Made by a program: the position numbers and the translations under genes
In this document: piece after piece, positions 1-9,694 of the stretch
Layout of the letters: each line of letters begins with the position of its first letter
Numbering within the stretch: the first letter of the stretch is position 1
Origin: Azolla caroliniana
Lineage: Eukaryota > Plantae > Polypodiophyta
Assembly (NCBI GenBank): GCA_043228905.1
Contig: JBHGNT010000006.1
Location: forward strand, 13,578,001-13,642,000
Length of the DNA: 64,000 nucleotides
Reading direction: 5' to 3'
Notes under the pieces: model-generated
What the model saw: only the letters and a program-made list of their open reading frames with translations
Databases searched by the model: none
What the model was told of the DNA's origin: nothing

Positions 1-406
1 GGTGAACTCGACATGAAGGGCGGCAAGGGAGAATGGAGTTGGAAGAAGACGACTTCGCGCAACTTTTCGTTGAAGCGGTGAGGGAGTTTGGACGAGCGAC
101 AGCAAGACGAGACTTGGCGCAGCAACCGGTTGAGCGAGTGGTCGAAAGAGTCGGCCGTTTCAACGGGGTCAAAGTCCCATCTTACTTGGAAGCCTACAAC
201 GCGGAAATGGAGGAGCGAGACGTGGACGAAGCGTTGAGGTTGGAGGTCTTTTGTCGGGCCGTTGTCGTCCGTATGCACGCGGAAGTGAAGGAGCTCCGAG
301 AGGCTCATAGCTCGTGGGAGGCCTTTGAAGAGGCGCTCCTGCAGGCATATGGAGGATGGTGGAAGAGCCGGGGACGACACGACTTCGACCAGTGGGTAGC
401 ATCGGC

Positions 407-955
407 TGTCATGAAGACATACATCTTGGCTTATCATGACATTCATCTTGGCGAACCAGGAATCGAACCCATAACCTCTTGGTTTACATATTGTACTTTA
501 ACCATTGTAATAACATATGTGAGATGTAATCATAATAATTATATGTTTAGTTATTACGAGATATTTAGAACATTCTAGATTATTCTAGAATGTTCTTGAA
601 TATTTCATGATTATATTTATTATTATTATTATTCATAAATATCTAAAATATTCTAGAACATTCTAGAATACTCCATAAGGGCCTATAAATAAGAGTCCAT
701 ACACTCATCACAACTCATTCGGTTCAACACCAGTCTTTAGCCCTTAGCCTACTCCTTGTAATCTTCTTTCTCATAATATAATCGCATTCCCATTTCTTAT
801 CTCTCACTTATACTTTTCTCTCTCTCGCACTCTCTCCCTCTTTCACTCTCTTTCTATCACTATCGCTATCTCTACCGCTCTCGCCATCTCTATCGTTATC
901 GTTATCTCTATCGCCATCGCTCTCTCTCTCTGCTTCCTACTCAAGAGTCACGACA
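407..955 (+). repeat. 5' LTR of Tcn1-A (549 bp), TATA box at 684-690
   Basis: Direct repeat of 5793-6313, differing by one substitution and a 28-bp indel. Confidence 0.97.
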
Positions 956-957
956 GT

Positions 958-968
958 TTGAACCGAAT
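958..968 (+). promoter_or_regulatory. Self-priming primer-binding site TTGAACCGAAT
   Basis: 2 nt after the LTR; no TGG start; exact reverse complement of 717-727 (ATTCGGTTCAA), which begins 27 nt after the TATA box. Confidence 0.85.
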
Positions 969-1040
969 ATTTCTTTTCCCTTTCTCCAATAACCCTAGCA
1001 AGCTTTCTTCTTTATCCTTCTTTCTTTTTCCCCCGCGGTT

Positions 1041-2168
1041 ATGGAGTCGGTCAGCAAGCAAGAGTATATGCGTGTCCTTTCGGAGCTCGATATGCTCACC
1101 ACTAAGTTTGTGGCATTAGAGCAAGAAAATCAAAGGCTACTCGGGGATCTTCAACAAGTCAGTACTGAGGAAGCTCATCAATATGAGGAGTTATCACAAC
1201 GGGTTCATCAACTTGAGGCTACTATATTAACATTACGAGAACAAGCGGCGGGGGTTCAAAACTCCCCAAGGGAACCAAAGATTAGCCTCCCTGCCAAGTT
1301 TGATGGTACCAGATCTCTCTTTCGAGGTTTCCTGAATCAAGTTCGTTTGGTGATTCAGTTACATCCCAATCGGTATCCAACTGATGCTGCCCGTGTGGGA
1401 TTAATAGGAACCTTGCTAAGCGGTACAACGTTAGCATGGTTTGCACCACTTCTTGAGAAGAAATCACCATTACTGGAGGATTTCGAGGCATTCGTTAAGG
1501 AGTTTCAAGCTAGTTTTGGAGATACGGATAGCACTAGGACTGCAATAAACAAGATTCGAAGACTCCGACAAGGAGATCGTCCCGCTTCAGCTTATGCCGC
1601 AGATTTCCGTCTCTTGGCATGCGACATCCCTTGGGATGAGGCAGCCTTAATGGATCAATTCCGTCAGGGTTTGCGTAACGATGTCAAAGATCTTCTTCTT
1701 ACTTTCCATGAAGATCCAAAGTCTCTTACTGAAGCTATTAGCCGAGCTGTGCGATGTGATAATCGCCTATTTGAGCGACGTTCTGAACGTCAACAAATGT
1801 TACGCCGCCAACCGGAACAGACATACGCTTCTATAGTCGCCACACCGCCACAAGGTTCTAGACCCGTTACGAGGGATGGTCCCACTCCGATGGAAATAGA
1901 GTCGACACAACGTCGAGGGCCCTTATCAGATGTTGAGAAACAACGACGTCGGGCGCATCGCCTATGCCTCTACTGTGGTGGTCCAGGACATATAGCTGTG
2001 AATTGTCCACATAAACCCAGGCGTCAAGTTTACCAAGTAAGTGCACATGACAACCCTACATCAAGTTCTACTATCACTTCTAATAACTTAAGTACTAAGC
2101 CTACTAGCCCATGCCATGAGAATAGATTTGATGTCTTGAGCCAATTAGAGGATGTGTTAAACGAATAA
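1041..2168 (+). CDS. gag: Gag (coiled coil, capsid, CCHC zinc knuckle)
   Basis: 375-aa ORF with EPKISLPAKFDG capsid start and CLYCGGPGHIAVNC zinc knuckle. Confidence 0.95.
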   Translation: MESVSKQEYMRVLSELDMLTTKFVALEQENQRLLGDLQQVSTEEAHQYEELSQRVHQLEATILTLREQAAGVQNSPREPKISLPAKFDGTRSLFRGFLNQVRLVIQLHPNRYPTDAARVGLIGTLLSGTTLAWFAPLLEKKSPLLEDFEAFVKEFQASFGDTDSTRTAINKIRRLRQGDRPASAYAADFRLLACDIPWDEAALMDQFRQGLRNDVKDLLLTFHEDPKSLTEAISRAVRCDNRLFERRSERQQMLRRQPEQTYASIVATPPQGSRPVTRDGPTPMEIESTQRRGPLSDVEKQRRRAHRLCLYCGGPGHIAVNCPHKPRRQVYQVSAHDNPTSSSTITSNNLSTKPTSPCHENRFDVLSQLEDVLNE

Positions 2169-2207
2169 GTCCGGCCAAAATAGGAGCCATTTGGTTGGAC
2201 CATCCTA
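2156..2207 (+). promoter_or_regulatory. -1 programmed ribosomal frameshift signal (G TTA AAC plus stem-loop/pseudoknot)
   Basis: Pol is in the -1 frame and open from 2162; 6-nt spacer; 11-bp stem 2169-2179/2190-2200; loop TAGGA is complementary to TCCTA at 2203-2207. Confidence 0.85.
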
Positions 2208-5200
2208 GTTATGTAGAGTCAGTACCTAGTTGTGGTTCCATTTCATCAAATCAAGTTAGTAGAGTTTTTTCTGCACAAGTCGAGCTTAGCACATCTACAG
2301 GTCATCGCGCCCTAGCCTCTGCCCTCCTAGATTCCGGAGCCAATTCTTGTTTCATGGATCGCGAGTTTGCATTGACTCAAAACATCATCTTGAAAAAACT
2401 CCCAAACCCAGTAGCTGTAGGAGTCATCGATGGTCGCCCTATAGCATCAGGAGATATAGTCGAAGAGTCTGAACCAATTCGTGTAGTCCTAGGTAATTTG
2501 GCTAGTGTCATCTCATTTAACATCATTAGTAGTCCGGAGCACTCTCTAGTTCTTGGTCTTCCTTGGTTTGAGTTACATAACCCAACCATTGATTGGAGAA
2601 AAAGAACTATAGAAGAGGTCACCGTACAATCCAAGTCTCTTGAAGCTCCAACTAAGGATCTAGGATCCCCCACAATTTCAACAATCTCTATACATCAATT
2701 ACGAGAGGATGGAAGAAAGGAAGACATGATGGTATTTGCGGTTTTAGCAACTCCCTCATCTAGCTCACAAGAATTGGGGGTCCAACTACCAAAGAAGTAC
2801 ATAGAATTCTCCGATGTGTTCGATAAGGTGAAGGCTAATAGACTACCAGAGCATCGACCATATGATTGCCCAATTGATTTGCAGCTAGGAAAAGAGCTTC
2901 CATGGGGACCAATTTATAATCTTTCGCCCACGGAGTTAGAGGTTCTTCGAGAATATATCAATGAGAACTTGGCAAATGGTTTTATCCAACATTCAAAATC
3001 TCCTGCTGGTGCACCCATCTTTTTCGTTAAGAAGAAAGATGGTACGCTTCGTATGGTCGTGGATTATCGAGGCTTGAATAAAGTGACCGTTAGAAACCGA
3101 TATGCTCTCCCATTGATCTCAAGCCTTCTAGAACGCCTCAGTGAAGCAAAGTATTTCACGAAGTTAGATCTTCGAGGTGCCTACAACCTTGTTCGAATTC
3201 GTCCTGGGGATGAATGGAAGACGGCGTTCCGCACTCGCTATGGTCATTTTGAGTACACAGTGATGCCTTTTGGCCTCACGAATGCACCAGCAGTCTTCCA
3301 ACATATGGCGAATGATATTTTTCGAGACTTCCTCGATATCTTCATCATTGTTTACCTGGATGATATCTTGATCTACTCGAAAACTCAAGAAGAACATGAT
3401 ATACATGTTCGCCAAGTTTTGCAACGGCTACGAGAGTATGGTCTCTATGCAAAATTGGAGAAGTGTAGTTTCGACCAACGTCAAGTGGAGTTTTTGGGGT
3501 ACATAGTCTCTTCAAATGGCATCTCTATGGATCCATCAAAGGTTCAAACAATTTTGGATTGGCAAACACCACAGTCCGTGCGAGATGTGCAATGTTTTTT
3601 GGGGTTCGCAAACTTTTATCGCAAGTTCATCAAAGACTATTCAAAACTTGTGTTGCCCCTCACTCAACTGACGCACAAGAATCGATCATTTGTATGGAGT
3701 ATAGATGCGAACTCTGCATTTGAGGGTTTAAAGCAAGCACTTACATCCGCACCAATCTTAATCCATGTCGATCCAATGAGGCGCTTTATACTTGAAGCTG
3801 ATGCATCGGATTTCGCACTCGGAAGTGTACTATCCCAAATTGGTGATGATGGTGAACTGCACCCGGTGGCTTTTCACTCACGAAAATTTGAAGCCGCAGA
3901 AATCAACTATGAGATTCACGACAAAGAGCTTCTTGCCATTGTGGATTCTTTTCAACAATGGCGTCATTTTCTGGAGGGTTCTTCTCAGCAGATTATTGTC
4001 TACAATGATCATAAAAATCTAACATACTTTCAAAGTGCTCGAGTCTTGAATCGACGACAAGCTCGTTGGGCGCAGTTCTTAACTCGTTTCGATTTTGTAA
4101 TTCTATATCGCCCTGGGATGCAACAAGGAAAAGCAGATGCTTTATCTAGACGTTCGTATATGGAACTTCAACCTGGAGAGGCCGCATTTGAAAGCCAAAA
4201 GCAAATCCTCTTAGGTCCTGATCGTCTACGAATAATGGCAATGCATACCATCAACACACCGGGAGATTCAAGGCTTCTTGATTCCATTCGTGAGCAGATT
4301 GCGACTGATGCGTTCGCCCAAGAGGTTTTGAGCCATATTATCCCAAATCGTGCATCTAGCTCCCAAACTCAAAATCCTCGTCTAGACTACACCCAGTTTA
4401 GTTGGCATGATGGGTTACTTTTTCGACAAACTCTCTTGTATGTGCCTGACGGTCCTTCTCGACTCAAAGTCATGCAACAATGTCATGACACACCAATGGC
4501 GGGACACTTCGGCATCCACAAGACTTTTGAGTTGATTTCTCGCCGATATTGGTGGCCACGGCTTCGCCATTTTGTTACGGATTATGTTCGTAGCTGTGAT
4601 ACATGTTGCCGATCAAAAAAGCCTCGACATCATCCATATGGCTTATTACAGCCAATGCCTATTCCGGAGAGCCCATGGAAATCTATTTCCTTGGACTTTA
4701 TTACGGATCTTCCACCTTCCAAGGGATTTGATTCGATTCTCACGGTTGTCGATCGTTTTACGAAGATGGCACATTTCCTTCCATGCACAAAGACCATTAC
4801 TAGTCAAGAGACAGCTGATTTGCTCATGCGGGAGGTGTTTCGCCATCATGGTCTTCCGGATGATATTATCAGTGATCGGGGTCCCCAATTCATCTCGAAA
4901 TTTTGGCGGCACATGTTCAGACTCTTACATACTTCTTGTAAACTCTCTTCCGGCTACCATCCAGAGACTAATGGGCAGAGTGAGCGCACAAACCAAACAG
5001 TCGAGCAATATCTACGTTGTTTTGTCAACTATCAACAAGATGATTGGGTGGATTTACTACCTTTGGCAGAATTTGCTTATAACAACTCCGAGCATTCTTC
5101 TACTGGATATTCCCCATTTTTTGCAAACATTGGGTACCATCCTCGTTGGACGATGCTTGAACATCCTGAACTCCCAAAAAACCCAGCTGCTGAAGATCGG

Positions 5201-5800
5201 CTCACTCGACTCCAAGAAGTTCAGGATATGCTTTTGCATCATTTATGTGAAGCCCAAAACACTCAAAAGAAGATTGTTGACCGTCATCGGCGTGATTCAT
5301 CGACTACATTTCAAGTAGGCGATCGTGTATGGCTCTTACAAGGTAGCATTAAAACGACCCGACCTTGCTACAAATTGGATTATCAACGTTTTGGCCCATA
5401 TGTCATAAGTGGTAAGATCAATGATGTGACATTTCGTCTTGATCTTCCTCCTCATATGCGTCTTCACCCGGTCTTCCATGTTTCACTTTTGGAGCCTTAC
5501 ACAACGAGCTCTATTCCGGGTCGTGTTACACCTCCCCCACCTCCAATTGACGTTTCCAATGGCTCTGAATATGAGGTTGCCGCTATCCTCGACTCCAAGA
5601 TCATTCGCAACAAACTATACTACTTGGTTGATTGGTTAGGCTATACACCTAATGATCGAACGTGGGAGCCTGCCGAACATCTTGCCAATGCCTCCGACAT
5701 GGTTGTTGCATTTCACAACCAATATCCTCATAAACCAAGTCTGAACTCTTTTCTTCCGACTCGTGCAACTCGTCATCGAAAAGGGGGGATAATGTCATGA
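2162..5800 (+). CDS. pol: Pol polyprotein PR-RT-RNaseH-INT-chromodomain
   Basis: LLDSGA, YLDD, EADASD, HDTPMAGH..CDTC, DDE, GPY and YEVAAILDSK..YLVDWLGY..TWEP motifs; no internal stops; the stop codon falls inside the 3' LTR. Confidence 0.97.
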   Translation, partial: RISPAKIGAIWLDHPSYVESVPSCGSISSNQVSRVFSAQVELSTSTGHRALASALLDSGANSCFMDREFALTQNIILKKLPNPVAVGVIDGRPIASGDIVEESEPIRVVLGNLASVISFNIISSPEHSLVLGLPWFELHNPTIDWRKRTIEEVTVQSKSLEAPTKDLGSPTISTISIHQLREDGRKEDMMVFAVLATPSSSSQELGVQLPKKYIEFSDVFDKVKANRLPEHRPYDCPIDLQLGKELPWGPIYNLSPTELEVLREYINENLANGFIQHSKSPAGAPIFFVKKKDGTLRMVVDYRGLNKVTVRNRYALPLISSLLERLSEAKYFTKLDLRGAYNLVRIRPGDEWKTAFRTRYGHFEYTVMPFGLTNAPAVFQHMANDIFRDFLDIFIIVYLDDILIYSKTQEEHDIHVRQVLQRLREYGLYAKLEKCSFDQRQVEFLGYIVSSNGISMDPSKVQTILDWQTPQSVRDVQCFLGFANFYRKFIKDYSKLVLPLTQLTHKNRSFVWSIDANSAFEGLKQALTSAPILIHVDPMRRFILEADASDFALGSVLSQIGDDGELHPVAFHSRKFEAAEINYEIHDKELLAIVDSFQQWRHFLEGSSQQIIVYNDHKNLTYFQSARVLNRRQARWAQFLTRFDFVILYRPGMQQGKADALSRRSYMELQPGEAAFESQKQILLGPDRLRIMAMHTINTPGDSRLLDSIREQIATDAFAQEVLSHIIPNRASSSQTQNPRLDYTQFSWHDGLLFRQTLLYVPDGPSRLKVMQQCHDTPMAGHFGIHKTFELISRRYWWPRLRHFVTDYVRSCDTCCRSKKPRHHPYGLLQPMPIPESPWKSISLDFITDLPPSKGFDSILTVVDRFTKMAHFLPCTKTITSQETADLLMREVFRHHGLPDDIISDRGPQFISKFWRHMFRLLHTSCKLSSGYHPETNGQSERTNQTVEQYLRCFVNYQQDDWVDLLPLAEFAYNNSEHSSTGYSPFFANIGYHPRWTMLEHPELPKNPAAEDRLTRLQEVQDMLLHHLCEAQNTQKKIVDRHRRDSSTTFQVGDRVWLLQGSIKTTRPCYKLDYQRFGPYVISGKINDVTFRLDLPPHMRLHPVFHVSLLEPYTTSSIPGRVTPPPPPIDVSNGSEYEVAAILDSKIIRNKLYYLVDWLGYTPNDRTWEPAEHLANASDMVVAFHNQYPHKPSLNSFLPTRATRHRKGGIMS
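5778..5792 (+). promoter_or_regulatory. Polypurine tract
   Basis: GAAAAGGGGGGATAA directly before the 3' LTR. Confidence 0.9.
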
Positions 5801-6313
5801 AGACATACATCTTGGCTTATCATGACATTCATCTTGGCAAACCAGGAATCGAACCCATAACCTCTTGGTTTACATATTGTACTTTAACCATTGTAATAAC
5901 ATATGTGAGATGTAATCATAATAATTATATGTTTAGTTATTACGAGAATGTTCTTGAATATTTCATGATTATATTTATTATTATTATTATTCATAAATAT
6001 CTAAAATATTCTAGAACATTCTAGAATACTCCATAAGGGCCTATAAATAAGAGTCCATACACTCATCACAACTCATTCGGTTCAACACCAGTCTTTAGCC
6101 CTTAGCCTACTCCTTGTAATCTTCTTTCTCATAATATAATCGCATTCCCATTTCTTATCTCTCACTTATACTTTTCTCTCTCTCGCACTCTCTCCCTCTT
6201 TCACTCTCTTTCTATCACTATCGCTATCTCTACCGCTCTCGCCATCTCTATCGTTATCGTTATCTCTATCGCCATCGCTCTCTCTCTCTGCTTCCTACTC
6301 AAGAGTCACGACA
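5793..6313 (+). repeat. 3' LTR of Tcn1-A (521 bp)
   Basis: Repeat of 407-955, followed by TSD TCGGC. Confidence 0.97.
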
Positions 6314-7669
6314 TCGGCAAAGACCCACCGGGGCGCAATGAAGGCGTTCCGTGAGTTCGAGCGATGGCTTGCTCGGCTCCCTGAGCAGGAACAAGGTCTG
6401 GTGGGGGCGGACAAGGTCCTATTGTTCTTTAAGTCGATCGATCGAGCGGAATGGGAGACCATTGAGATTGAGCTCGAAGACGAGAACGAAGCGAATGGCC
6501 TCACTGAGGACTGGTCAAAGGTCGGAAGGGTGTGCCAAAGGCTAGATGACGAGCGAGTCGAGAAGGCTAAGAGGAAGGCGCGCAACGGCACGCCATCACA
6601 GCGGGAAGAGGTCGAACGGCAAAGAGAGTCGGCAAGGCTCGGCTTCGAGGCCAGGATTGCGGAGGCGTATGTGGCTCTCGAGGCGAGGCTCAAGGAAGAG
6701 GAAAGATCGAGGCCACAAGCCGACGCCGAGGAGCCGAACTTGCCCCACGAGATGGCGGAAGACCAGTACGACGGTACCACGGAAGAGGGTGCGAAACAAA
6801 ACGTTCTCTCGACTTGCGAAGATAGAATGGCCGAGGACGAGGCCGAGATCCCGATCGCAGAATCGAGACGTTGGGACCGGCGGTTTCGGGCCTATCACCC
6901 CGAAACCCCGGACATTGGAGAAGCCAGCCTAGGCGGGGCTTGCGTGATCGGTAAGGAGTCGACCACCGACCACGAAGAGCCAGTGGCTATGGACAGGGGC
7001 GTAAAACAGACGGGCGATTCTTCGCGTCTTCCCACACTTGCTCTCAAGACGACGACAGTCGGGCCCGAGTGCCCACGTGAGTCCCAAGAGGAGGAAGGCG
7101 GCAGCGTGAGACCAAGAATCACCGGCGAGATGATATAGGGAAGCAGCAGACGAAAGCCCTCGGACCCGATTCCGGAGAACTCGACATTCGGGCCCTTATG
7201 CCCATGTGAGACCGAGGAGATGGATGACGGTATCAAGGAGTCCTGGCACGATGCCAGCGAAGATGGATGGGAGATGGCCCGCGAAAAGGTCGACGAAGAG
7301 ACCAAGAAACGACCCGACCGGGGACTAAACTGTGCGACGCTCCGATACGGGTGGAGCGTGACCCGGTCGTGGATTGTTTGATCGGGGCTAGATTCGGCAT
7401 GAAGGTGCCGATGCGGGAGAGGGTGCGGAACGAGCTGCCCTCTTTTACATGGGGAGAAAGACCGACCAGGCAAAGGTCAGGTATTGGAAGGAAGGTGATC
7501 AAGGGTTCGGAACGAGTCTGGCAAGGTTGGCATCGGAGCCGAAACTCCGGACATTGGAGAATCAAGCCCAGGCAGGGCTTGATTGATCACAGAGCGGATG
7601 CTATCCACCGACACCACTAAAAGGGGCGGTGGCCCGGACGAGTTGCGGAAAGACGTTGCGAAATCGGTT

Positions 7670-9290
7670 ACCCCACATCCAGTCCGGAGACTTCGGTAGT
7701 TCGGCCGACGTGGCAACGTGAGACCGAAAGAGATGGAAGATGGAGGCGGGATTGCAACAAGGAGAGCGACGACGAGTTCGGGAGAAGTACAGGGGATGAA
7801 GAGGAGAATGAAGACCGGTCCTACGGAGATCCTCACATCGATCTGGCTGTCGGCCCGAGTGTCGGCGTGAGTCCTATAGGAGAGGTCGGTGGCGATAGGA
7901 GAACGGGACCCGGCAATCCAGAGAATGACGGATGGACCCGGACGAGAACCGGGCGGAGCGGACTCCCGGATAACCATTCCGGGAGGGAGGAAGAGAGCAG
8001 GCCTATGAAGAGGCCGAGAACATGGTACGTCGGTACCACGGGAGAGGGTGTGGAGTGAGCGACCCTCTCGGCTTGCGAAAGAAGGAAGACCTGGGATAAG
8101 AGTAAGAGATACGACGAGCCCGAGGAGGATCCTTCACACCGGTTCTATAGACTCCGGAGGGGTGGTTTGCGGAGATCCCCACACCGATCCGGCAGTTGGC
8201 CCGAGTGCTGGCGTGAATCCTATAGGAGAGATCGGTGGCGGCAGGTGAACGTGACCAACTGAAGAGGCCGATGTGGAGGATGGCGAAGGCAGAGCGGTGC
8301 TGCTGCGACCTTACACACATTGGTTCTAGAGACTCTGGCGGCCGACAACAAGAGCCGGCGTGAGACCTAGAGGGAAGAACTGTGGCGGTGGCAAGGCGGG
8401 CAAACCGAGGTCCCATGAAGATCCTCACATCGATCCGGCGTGAGTCCTATAGGAAAGGACGGTGGCGGCAGGTGAACGTGATCGGATGACGGAAGCAGAG
8501 AAGGAAGGTATCAGGCCGGCGAGGCGGCTACGAACCGAATCGGACCTACCGGCAAGGTCATGAGCATAAGGAAGTCCGGTCCTACGAGATCCCCACACCA
8601 GACCGGAGACTCTGGCAGTTCGGCCAGTGTGACAATGTGAGACCTTGAGAGAAGGCTGGTGGCAGCGGGAAACGGGACCCGACTACGCGGAAGACACAAG
8701 GAGAGTCCGGGAGGGACTCAAACAAAAGACACCCGAATTTCGGCAAGCAACGAAACGAAGACCGGTCCTATGGGATCTTCACACCGATCCGGAGACTCGA
8801 GCCGTTCGTCCAACAAGGCAACATAAGACCGAGAGAGAAGGATGGTAGTGGCAAGGAACGAGACCCGACATCGACAAGAGCCGGCAAGGGAAAGTACGGG
8901 CGGTGTGCCAAGCCGGGAATGGCACACCCAGGATTGAAGAAGAATTGTGCAAGTGGCCATCAAGGGCCGAATCGGAGCACAACTAAAGGACGGCACGCAC
9001 ACGGTGGTGCCGGGAGACCGGAAAGGATCCTCCACACCCGCTTCGGAGATCTCGGCGGCTCGATCAGAGTGGCGACGCATGGCGTGGCAAGCCAAGCCCA
9101 AGATGACAAGCTGGTGGGGGCGAGGGGACAACGACAAGCGAATGGCTTCAACCCGGCGGCAACGGCGCAAGACGAGAGGGGGGGCCAAGCAGGCTACTAC
9201 GGGTATTCCTCGGGCGTAGAGGATGCCCACAGGCAAAGGGGAAGCAGTCGTGACGGGACTTCACATGCACCGACCCTAGAGATTCCGGCA
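7670..9290 (+). repeat. Degenerate dispersed repeats, core about GATCCYCACACCGRTYCGGAGACTCYGG
   Basis: About 10 variants, near 7671, 7826, 8128, 8172, 8307, 8418, 8587, 8773, 9026 and 9256. Confidence 0.6.
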
Positions 9291-9694
9291 TCTGGCCCGA
9301 GAGCCCGTGTGATATCGAGAGTGGTAGACAGTAGGAGCGGGAAAGACGGCGACCAAGACAACGCGACAACAGACTGAGGCCAAGTGGGCCGTTACGAGCA
9401 CTCCTCAAGCGGAGGATCTCGGACTTACGGCGGATAGCGGCGCGTGCATACGGCCGAGCGAAGGGCCAACAACGAAGTACGCGTGCTACGGGGTCACGGA
9501 GAACGACCTATTGACGGGTCAAATGAGCCTACGGAGAGGGAAGCGCACGAGGATGAACCAGACCCGGGCAGCGAGGACGACCGATTCGAAGTGAATGGCG
9601 ATCCGGAGGACGAAGGGTAAGCGCGGGCCGGTCTTCTCCGGCAAAGAGTCTATTTTGGCGGATACCGGTGGATGCGCGGTTAGGTGGGGGCGGA

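Larger units (their letters stand above)
407..6313 (+). mobile_element. Intact Ty3/Gypsy chromovirus, Tcn1-like (element Tcn1-A)
   Basis: TG...CA LTRs at 407-955 and 5793-6313; perfect 5-bp TSD TCGGC (402-406, 6314-6318); uninterrupted gag and pol; chromodomain; PPT. Confidence 0.97.
33..7138 (+). pseudogene. gag: Gag-like capsid ORF split by insertion (33-406 + 6319-7138, about 397 aa when rejoined)
   Basis: Removing 407-6318 restores one frame (GCA TCG GCA AAG ACC...ATG 6338). Capsid-like pattern RFNGVKVPSYLEAY...SSWEAFEEALLQAYG. Confidence 0.7.

Noticed and set aside
33-578. 181-aa ORF as a standalone gene (also 5797-6024)
   Set aside because: It is a chimera of interrupted gag and read-through into LTR sequence.
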